The notes under the pieces are model-generated. The model saw nothing but the letters and a program-made list of their open reading frames with translations. It was not told the origin of the DNA and did not search any database. The position numbers and the translations under genes are program-made. A DNA stretch of 45,708 nt from a virus, in IMG/VR virus record IMGVR_UViG_3300028832_000024. One strand, written 5' to 3'. Positions 32,033 to 39,334 of this stretch are shown here, piece by piece. The stretch's first letter is position 1; every line of letters begins with the position of its first letter.

Positions 32033-32637
32033 TACGAAATCGTCCAATAAGTGTTGGAAGAAACGGTAACGTTAACGGCCGTTCCGTTCGCGTCCATATT
32101 AATCGTTGTCGGGGAAATGGTCAAGTACGCGTCGGCTTCCGCCTGTGTAATTTCGCAAACGGACGATACGTTGTTATTGGTCGTAACTGTCAGTTGGGAA
32201 ACCAACGACGCAACCGACGTGTTGGCGGGAATGTTCGTAAAGGTAATTTCGAATTCGTATTCCTGTATTGCGCCCGGATCGCCCGTAATGGCCGCGCCGT
32301 TTTGCGTGGAAACCGAATTCGCCAAATATGACGACGGCAAAACCAAACCGATTTCGTTTGTACCCGTAAGCGCAAACGTCAGTTTCGAAGAATTCGATCG
32401 GCCGTGTATCGTCAGCGTTCCGCCCGTTTTCGGGACCGCCGCCGTATCGTCAATAATTACGAATTCCGTCTTTCCCGCCTGTATGATCGTAAGGGTTTTG
32501 GATTCCACGCCCGACGCCGAAAACGTGGCCGTCGTTTGACGCGCGGTTCGTCCTGTGTGTTGTGTACCTGTCCATTGGACGGTATCATTTCCGTTTCCAC
32601 TTTGTTTGTTCGGGGAAACCCAACTTGCGTAAGGCAT
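32032..32637 (-). CDS. Protein that starts with a BACON C-terminal half and ends with a BACON N-terminal half
   Basis: N-terminus MPYASWVSPNKQSGNGNDTVQWTGTQHTGRTARQTTATFSASGVESKTLTIIQ. C-terminus YLTISPTTINMDANGTAVNVTVSSNTYWTIS followed by the stop. Confidence 0.6.
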   Translation of the reverse strand: MPYASWVSPNKQSGNGNDTVQWTGTQHTGRTARQTTATFSASGVESKTLTIIQAGKTEFVIIDDTAAVPKTGGTLTIHGRSNSSKLTFALTGTNEIGLVLPSSYLANSVSTQNGAAITGDPGAIQEYEFEITFTNIPANTSVASLVSQLTVTTNNNVSSVCEITQAEADAYLTISPTTINMDANGTAVNVTVSSNTYWTIS

Positions 32638-32649
32638 AATTTGAAAATT

Positions 32650-32946
32650 TTAATTGATTGTCCAATAAGTATTGCTAAATACGTCGTTTTGCGTTTGGCC
32701 CGCCAAAATCCAAACAACCGTAGGACTGATTTCAAGATACGGACCGCGTATATTCGGGGCGCAAGACTGAAACACACGGCAACGGATTCCGCCGATTCGC
32801 TTTGCCGTCGCATCAATCCCGCTGATCCGTTCGGCGTGGACTGCAATAGCGTTGCGGGGTTCGGCCTTTGTGCTGATCCCGCCCACGCGTTCGGCATTAC
32901 AGGCAATCCCGCCGATCCGTTTGCATTTTACGGTCAAACAACCCAT
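32650..32946 (-). CDS. Protein with five decapeptide repeats, ending in a BACON N-terminal half
   Basis: KRIGGIACNA ERVGGISTKA EPRNAIAVHA ERISGIDATA KRIGGIRCRV, then YLEISPTVVWILAGQTQNDVFSNTYWTIN and the stop. The TAA is in frame with the next ORF. Confidence 0.5.
   Translation of the reverse strand: MGCLTVKCKRIGGIACNAERVGGISTKAEPRNAIAVHAERISGIDATAKRIGGIRCRVFQSCAPNIRGPYLEISPTVVWILAGQTQNDVFSNTYWTIN
32773..32922 (-). repeat. Five tandem 30-nt coding repeats
   Basis: Minus strand aaacggatcggcgggattgcctgtaatgcc / gaacgcgtgggcgggatcagcacaaaggcc / gaaccccgcaacgctattgcagtccacgcc / gaacggatcagcgggattgatgcgacggca / aagcgaatcggcggaatccgttgccgtgtg. Confidence 0.8.
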
Positions 32947-32947
32947 A

Positions 32948-33283
32948 TTAAACAGGATTCAAAATTACTATATCGAATTTGTCTATTTCAAGACGGATAC
33001 CGCCTTGAAAGTCCGTATCGGGGACGAACGCTTTTACAATGCAATTGACGATCCCCGCGTGGAAGATCGAAGAATCGAAGCACAAATAATATTTATGCGT
33101 TTCGTTCCCGTTTTCCGTCGTGGTTTCTTCGATAAATTCGCTTTTCGGGATTTCCTTTTCGGTCGGTCCCTGTTTGAGAATGACCGAAAAATCGTCGTTG
33201 TGCATCGAAAAGCCGGGGGCCTCAATTTCGAACAGGAATTTAAGGCCCGATCCCTCAAAAGAATGCGCGATATTTTGTTTCAT
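32948..33283 (-). CDS. Hypothetical protein (111 aa), beta-rich
   Basis: ATG ORF directly downstream of the holin; no motif recognised. Confidence 0.5.
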   Translation of the reverse strand: MKQNIAHSFEGSGLKFLFEIEAPGFSMHNDDFSVILKQGPTEKEIPKSEFIEETTTENGNETHKYYLCFDSSIFHAGIVNCIVKAFVPDTDFQGGIRLEIDKFDIVILNPV

Positions 33284-33295
33284 ATCAATTGTGTT

Positions 33296-33766
33296 TTATT
33301 CTTTTTGTGCGTCGTCGAACGTCATTCCCAACTGATCTTCAACTTTGAATTTCATAAACTTGCGCAACCAACGGAATAAGGGGTGGTCGGAAATAACGGC
33401 CGCGTTTTCAAGAAACGACCAAAATTCAACGCCACAACAAAACGCCGTAAAGTAATTGGCGAACCTTAACCGCGATTCCATATTTTCGGCAAGCACTTGC
33501 GACAACATATCAGCAAGCACAATGCCGATTAGGATAAAGACGTATTTGTATATCGTGCGCCACGCCTTGATTGATTCGAAAGCGAACTTTTGCTTTGTCC
33601 GCTTTGCGACAACGGCGGATTTCAATACGCCCGTTATAAAATCAACCGCTTCGAATACAGTAACGGCAATGAATAGCGGCAACAAATCGTTGACCAACAG
33701 GCCCACGAATCCGGCAAAAAATCCCACTATCAGTTTGTCGGGGTAAAGTGTAAAAGTCCGTATCAT
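33296..33766 (-). CDS. Holin (Phage_holin_4-like, putative)
   Basis: Three to four hydrophobic helices, DFITGVLKSAV...KAWRTIYKY and VEFWSFLENAAV (the E..S..EN signature of that holin family). Confidence 0.6.
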   Translation of the reverse strand: MIRTFTLYPDKLIVGFFAGFVGLLVNDLLPLFIAVTVFEAVDFITGVLKSAVVAKRTKQKFAFESIKAWRTIYKYVFILIGIVLADMLSQVLAENMESRLRFANYFTAFCCGVEFWSFLENAAVISDHPLFRWLRKFMKFKVEDQLGMTFDDAQKE

Positions 33767-33778
33767 TTTTTTTCCTGT

Positions 33779-36031
33779 TTATTGTGCGATTTCGGGGAAA
33801 TCTACCAAATATCGGCCCGCGATTGCTTTTGCGCCGAACGTTGTAGGGTGTACGCCGTCGTCCAACATTCCCGAATACCACGTACCGTTATCGTCGGAAG
33901 AAACGGCGTCGTAAACGTCAACATAACGATAGCCCGAAGATTTCACATAATTATTTATTGACGCTTTCGAACCGTCGGTCGGCCACGGGATCGTTTGCAA
34001 AATTAATTCGATTCCAAGCGCACGGCAAAGCATTTCAACTTTAATTACTATATCTTTCCATTTCCAATAACTATCATTCATTCCCAACGCCCAAACCAAG
34101 AATTTCGGCGTACCATACAACAACGCGTTTTGCAACGCGGGGAACATATCTTCCGACGTTCCGCCCGCCAAACCAATTACCGTAAATTGGTCAATCCCAT
34201 AACCGTTTATAAGTTGATACGGCCAACGTTGCGCGTAAATTGATGTATAACTATCTCCGACAATCCAAACCGGTTTTCTCATACGGTCCGAAACAACACG
34301 CAACACGGAATTTGTAACAACTGCGCCATCCAATACTTCGACAAATGCGTAACCATATTGTTCCCGCAATTCATCATCCATCGAATAGTTGAATTGACCG
34401 TTGGACGAAACAATATTTACGGAAAATTTCTTGTATTGGATTGTAAATATAACCGTAATAAATGACGCAATTATAAGTCCGTGCGCTTGTTTAGAAATAG
34501 ACGTTGAATTTGTCCCCGTGCCAGTATATTTTCGAATGTCAATATACGTTGAATCCACACGCACAAAAAATCCAAGAGAACTTCCGCGCCCAACTCCAAT
34601 GTCAAACGTTCCCGCCGTTGTTATCTTTGCAGTAAACGAAACGATTCGGTTGCTTTTAAGATAATACGGGAAATTCGATATATTCATTCTATTACCGCCG
34701 GATTCGGACAAAGAAGAATCCAACGTTAACGCCGAAACACCCGCGCCATCTTGCCCAACGGAAGAAAAAGCCGGAATCAAAGATGGAACATTTTCTTTTG
34801 CGATTATTTGCGAACCGCTAAACGGCGTAATTATTTGTTCTTGATAAGTTGGCGCAAATGCACCAGTTATATTCAAATCTTCATAAAGAATGAATTTGTA
34901 TGTTGCGTTAACTGTTATCGTGAAACGAACAAACGCATCCCCATCAACATAACTGTATGTTGCGCCAGTCGAACGAATATATTGCTTGTTCGAATCATAA
35001 ACGGCGTGGCCACCAACTGAACCATAAGTTTTGTAATTGTATGACCTTACAATTTGACTAACCGGTATAAAATCAGTTGCACGATATTCCCCGGAAGAAA
35101 GAGAAACAAACGCACCCGTATTTTTGTTTATATAACCCATTTGGGCCTTACTACTATCGAATACGTTAAAGGAAACATATTTCGAAGATTGGCCCGATAT
35201 TTCTAATTCGATTGTCCCCGGTGCAATTTTATCGGATGTTATCGCACCATCCGCAATCATTCGTGTTTTAATGTATTGGTCTTGTATGCCAACCGATTTA
35301 ATAACAATGGATTCCGGGGTATAATAATAATCCCCAGTCGAATAACCGGAATTTACCGCCAAATACAACGCATCTTCCGGAGCAACCGCACGTTCCGTTT
35401 GATTAATCGCAACACCGATTGTTGACGAACCCACGCATAAATCAATATCTCCGCCCGATTGTGGCGCATCATTACTTTTAAGGAAACAAAAACGCGTACC
35501 GTATTCCGAATTTGCCGTAACCTCTACAACATCCCCCGGCTTTACTGGAATCCGACGATGATAATAATTCGTGTTCGTTCCATATTGCCCCGCTTCGGTA
35601 ATTTGATAATATCGTCTGTTATAATTTGATTTGATTTGCGCGGCGGTCAACGATAACGTTTCAACAAAAACACGGTTTAAATCGTCCACGTCTTTTGTTA
35701 AACGCGTAATGATTGCATCATAGTTTTTTCCAACGAAGATTGTCTGTAACGTCCACGAACCGTTATATTTCAATGCCCCCAAATGGCCATCCGGCACAAC
35801 GGAAGAATTGAAATTTGGATATGTACCGGCCCCGGCAATATAAAACACGTTTTGGTCGGGCGTTCCCGGGTTTGTGGCCGGTTCAGCAATGCCGACAAAT
35901 TGATAATCCGCGCCTAATGAATTAATCATTGCCAACAATGATTGTTGAAGCAATGCGCCGGTTATTTCATTGTTACCGTTGGTTTTTACAACGTCCGCTA
36001 TTGCGCCCTTTAATGTCGCGTAATTGCTCAT
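33779..36031 (-). CDS. Tail fibre / receptor-binding protein with C-terminal SGNH (GDSL) esterase domain
   Basis: The last 165 aa (33782..34276) carry SGNH blocks I IVGDSYT, II GLAGGT, III ALGMND and V DDGVHP. The N-terminal 580 aa are beta-rich and fibre-like. The gene lies at the end of the tail block. Confidence 0.75.
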   Translation of the reverse strand: MSNYATLKGAIADVVKTNGNNEITGALLQQSLLAMINSLGADYQFVGIAEPATNPGTPDQNVFYIAGAGTYPNFNSSVVPDGHLGALKYNGSWTLQTIFVGKNYDAIITRLTKDVDDLNRVFVETLSLTAAQIKSNYNRRYYQITEAGQYGTNTNYYHRRIPVKPGDVVEVTANSEYGTRFCFLKSNDAPQSGGDIDLCVGSSTIGVAINQTERAVAPEDALYLAVNSGYSTGDYYYTPESIVIKSVGIQDQYIKTRMIADGAITSDKIAPGTIELEISGQSSKYVSFNVFDSSKAQMGYINKNTGAFVSLSSGEYRATDFIPVSQIVRSYNYKTYGSVGGHAVYDSNKQYIRSTGATYSYVDGDAFVRFTITVNATYKFILYEDLNITGAFAPTYQEQIITPFSGSQIIAKENVPSLIPAFSSVGQDGAGVSALTLDSSLSESGGNRMNISNFPYYLKSNRIVSFTAKITTAGTFDIGVGRGSSLGFFVRVDSTYIDIRKYTGTGTNSTSISKQAHGLIIASFITVIFTIQYKKFSVNIVSSNGQFNYSMDDELREQYGYAFVEVLDGAVVTNSVLRVVSDRMRKPVWIVGDSYTSIYAQRWPYQLINGYGIDQFTVIGLAGGTSEDMFPALQNALLYGTPKFLVWALGMNDSYWKWKDIVIKVEMLCRALGIELILQTIPWPTDGSKASINNYVKSSGYRYVDVYDAVSSDDNGTWYSGMLDDGVHPTTFGAKAIAGRYLVDFPEIAQ

Positions 36032-36033
36032 AT

Positions 36034-36900
36034 CTATTCGTTGTTAAAATCGTTGTTGAAATCATCATTGAAATCGCCCCGTTGGGCCTTTATGTAACCC
36101 AACCCGATTTTCTTTGCGACCGTGGCCGTTTCAAACACCGCTTCGACCGCCGCGACATCGCCGTTATCTTCCCATTCCGGGGTAATTAGGAATGTGTCTA
36201 AACTGTACCGTTGTCCGTGATATTCGATTTCGGCAAAATCCGCCATCCGTATAAAACGCATCACGTCCAACAGATATTCGGACGCAAGGAAATTAAACCG
36301 GTATCGTTTTTCCGAAATCTGTTTGGTCGGAAAGAAATAACCATCCCTTTCTTCCCCTTCTTCTTCAAACACATATTCGGGTTTTGCAATATCACTTTGC
36401 AGATACAAAACGTTCTTGAATGCCGGGTTAGTATAAACGATAGTTCCGGCATCCATCACGAAATCGTCAACGTCCCACCACGTAATTTTTAAGTATGGTT
36501 CAATATCATTTACGACCGTAAAAATATCCGAATAATAATACAAGTTATTTACCGTCATTCGCAAATAATAACGGCCGTTCCCCATTTCAGTAAAAGCGGG
36601 CAATAATCCGGGGTACACGATAACGTCATAATTCAACGTCGCAAATTGTTTCGACGTCAAACCCGAATCAATAAGTTTTGTTCGGCAATTCTCTATTTGC
36701 GTATCCGTATTTGCATCGTATAACCATATTTGGCCAATGGTAACGCTTGATTCGTGCGGGACGATAAATTGGAATGGTAACACGAATCCGGCGGGCGTAA
36801 ATAATGGATATACGCGACCATATACCCACCATTTGCGGGCATTTTGTTGCGCAATGGTACGATACCACGGCAATACGGACAAATTGTTATTCGGTATCAT
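36034..36900 (-). CDS. Tail/baseplate protein (288 aa) with DFN-repeat acidic tail
   Basis: Position between the 815-aa tail protein and the fibre. C-terminus GDFNDDFNNDFNNE. Confidence 0.45.
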   Translation of the reverse strand: MIPNNNLSVLPWYRTIAQQNARKWWVYGRVYPLFTPAGFVLPFQFIVPHESSVTIGQIWLYDANTDTQIENCRTKLIDSGLTSKQFATLNYDVIVYPGLLPAFTEMGNGRYYLRMTVNNLYYYSDIFTVVNDIEPYLKITWWDVDDFVMDAGTIVYTNPAFKNVLYLQSDIAKPEYVFEEEGEERDGYFFPTKQISEKRYRFNFLASEYLLDVMRFIRMADFAEIEYHGQRYSLDTFLITPEWEDNGDVAAVEAVFETATVAKKIGLGYIKAQRGDFNDDFNNDFNNE

Positions 36901-39334
36901 ATTTTAACGTTGCGTTTGCGTTCCTACTTGACAAATTTAAGGATATTTTTTCAATCGTTCCGTTGCCTAAACTTGTTTTGATTAATTGCAACAAATTAGG
37001 ATCGTTCAGCAACGGGAATTGTACCGATTGCGTTTTCAGTTTTTTTACGCCGATCGCCGTCTTTACAACGCCGTCTATTTCATAAGCGGGGGCGGGCATA
37101 TCGTACGCGTAATATTCTTGAAGAATACAAAAAGCGACCCACGCATTTTGCAAATAATGGTTGTTCCCGTCAACAACATAATTTACGTACGGCAATTCGC
37201 ACAAATTGAAATCAACCGAATAAACCGTTATTGTTGCCCCCGTTGTACCGTCAACGAAATAAATCGAATTCGCATCTTCCGGGACGTATAAGGCGACGGT
37301 TTCCCGCGTTGAAATATGCGGGCTTTGCGACATTCCGCCGTCGGCAAATACACGGAAAGCAAATTGGCCCGTGGACGCTTCGGCGTTTATATAAATGGTT
37401 TTTCCCTTCCAATTTTCCGGGACGGGATTACGGAACGCGGGCGTACCGTTATATGTATATTCTTCCGTTTGGGGTAGTTCGTTTTGCTTTGTTGCGCCTA
37501 ATAGTACAAACCCGTCCTTTGAAATGGCCGACGGGTTCAATAGGATATAATCCAAATCCGACGTAAATTGCGAAACGTTAATTTGTTCGATATTTTCGGG
37601 GTTAACGAATTTTGAAATAATATCTATCGGGAACCCTTCGAATAATTGCGTAACTTCGTCAGCCCAACCGAATTGATAACGCGCGGCCATTTGCGGTTTG
37701 TCGTACTGATATTGATTCCGTGCAAAGTCCCACGATTTCCCGTTGCGCGAAACCTTTTGCGCCGTCAAGTCAACGCCAACGACAGGCGAACCCGAATAAG
37801 CCCCGCCGTTCCTAAAATATTGGATATGTTCAACGCGGAATTTTCCCGTTGCATCAATGAACCAATAGCAACGGAAACAGTCCCGCAACATATCTAAAAC
37901 GGCCCGTAATGTAATCGGCGCATTTTGCGCGGGCTGATCATACCCCGCCGAAATAATGTTCGATTTCGGGGTAATAAGCAAAACTTGATTGATCCCCAAA
38001 GGATTAGCCGCCCCGTATAGGAATTGGGAATAATCCGTCGTCCCGTCGTGTGTAATGTTCGGGGCGATCTTCCCCAACAAAACCGATATAACGGAAAATA
38101 TCGGGTATGCGTACCGAATCGTAAACGCCTTTCGCGCTGATTGTTCCAAAATATAATCAAATACGAAAGGCGAAAACCACACGGAAACGAAACCCCAACC
38201 GTTACGCGCCACGGGGAAAAATTCCTGTCCGTATATTGTGTACGGTTGTTGATAGTATTCGCCGGGCTGATACAATCCCCACTTTGTCGGCGTGGCCGTG
38301 TGCCTGTTCGAAAAAGAAATCGTTTCGGGAAACTGATAGCCAATAACCCGCGTGTAATTCCTGTTATCGTCCACGAAATCATCGTTTGGAATCGGGAACG
38401 TGGAATCTTGCCCGATCGCGTCAACGTCGCACAAATAACGGGCGTAAACGTCTATCGTTTCAATATCAAGCGTTACATTTCCCGTGGCGGGCGTTCCGTC
38501 AACGGGGAATACTGTTACAGTATAATTTCCGGCCAAATCGCGGTTAACTCTTTCATTCGCCCACGTTGCGCCCGTGTTTTGATCATATATTCGAATATGG
38601 TCGAAATTGGTCCACGTTGTACGCGCAAACCCAAAACCGCCGGAATCAATGTTAAAATATTTTCCCGATTGCCCTGTAACAACGCCCGCAACCATTTCGG
38701 GCAACTGTGGCGACATTGTACCCGTAATCCGAATATTGGTAAAGCCCTTGTTTATTGCAAAGTGGTAATAATATTCCAATTTCTTTCCCGTTCCACCGCC
38801 CGGCAATTCTACGGTTTCCGTGTCGCTAACGGGTTCACATTCCTGTTCCCACCACATACCCGACAGGAAACAACCGATAACGGATTGGTTCGGAACGTAA
38901 ACTTGAACCATTGGTCGTTTATCGGCCTTTACGGGGATTATTTGCGGGGCTAAATCAATTAGGTTGTATTCCTTATCCAACCCAGCCAAAACGTCGTTAT
39001 ACTGATCCAATACGGTTGGTTTGACGACGACCGTTTCCGCGTCGTCGTCGAACTTGCAGTCGGTTTTCCAAAATGTACCCGTCCAATACGACGCCCACGT
39101 TACGCCCGCGTCGTAAGAAATAAAGATTTCCAACCCGAATTGTTCGTCGAAAGACTGTTCGACGATAAATTGGTAATCTTCGCTTTCGAACGTCAGTTCG
39201 CCCGACAGTTTGGCGCGGAAAAATTCCTGTCCCGATTCCTTTTCGAAATCCTTTGCCAATCCGTCGTTATATATCGGGTACGCCCGTTGCGTCGTGCCGT
39301 CGGCCGTCAGTTCAAATTTATATATCGGGTTCAT
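36887..39334 (-). CDS. Distal tail / tail-tip protein (815 aa, Dit/Tal position)
   Basis: Starts with a TAATG overlap on the tape-measure stop codon, the canonical position of distal tail and tip proteins in siphoviruses. No motif proof. Confidence 0.5.
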   Translation of the reverse strand: MNPIYKFELTADGTTQRAYPIYNDGLAKDFEKESGQEFFRAKLSGELTFESEDYQFIVEQSFDEQFGLEIFISYDAGVTWASYWTGTFWKTDCKFDDDAETVVVKPTVLDQYNDVLAGLDKEYNLIDLAPQIIPVKADKRPMVQVYVPNQSVIGCFLSGMWWEQECEPVSDTETVELPGGGTGKKLEYYYHFAINKGFTNIRITGTMSPQLPEMVAGVVTGQSGKYFNIDSGGFGFARTTWTNFDHIRIYDQNTGATWANERVNRDLAGNYTVTVFPVDGTPATGNVTLDIETIDVYARYLCDVDAIGQDSTFPIPNDDFVDDNRNYTRVIGYQFPETISFSNRHTATPTKWGLYQPGEYYQQPYTIYGQEFFPVARNGWGFVSVWFSPFVFDYILEQSARKAFTIRYAYPIFSVISVLLGKIAPNITHDGTTDYSQFLYGAANPLGINQVLLITPKSNIISAGYDQPAQNAPITLRAVLDMLRDCFRCYWFIDATGKFRVEHIQYFRNGGAYSGSPVVGVDLTAQKVSRNGKSWDFARNQYQYDKPQMAARYQFGWADEVTQLFEGFPIDIISKFVNPENIEQINVSQFTSDLDYILLNPSAISKDGFVLLGATKQNELPQTEEYTYNGTPAFRNPVPENWKGKTIYINAEASTGQFAFRVFADGGMSQSPHISTRETVALYVPEDANSIYFVDGTTGATITVYSVDFNLCELPYVNYVVDGNNHYLQNAWVAFCILQEYYAYDMPAPAYEIDGVVKTAIGVKKLKTQSVQFPLLNDPNLLQLIKTSLGNGTIEKISLNLSSRNANATLKYDTE

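Noticed and set aside
32773-32922. Diversity-generating retroelement (template/variable repeat pair) near the receptor-binding genes
   Set aside because: No ORF carries reverse-transcriptase motifs (no YxDD). The repeats are five in-frame tandem 30-mers, not a distant TR/VR pair with adenine-specific differences.
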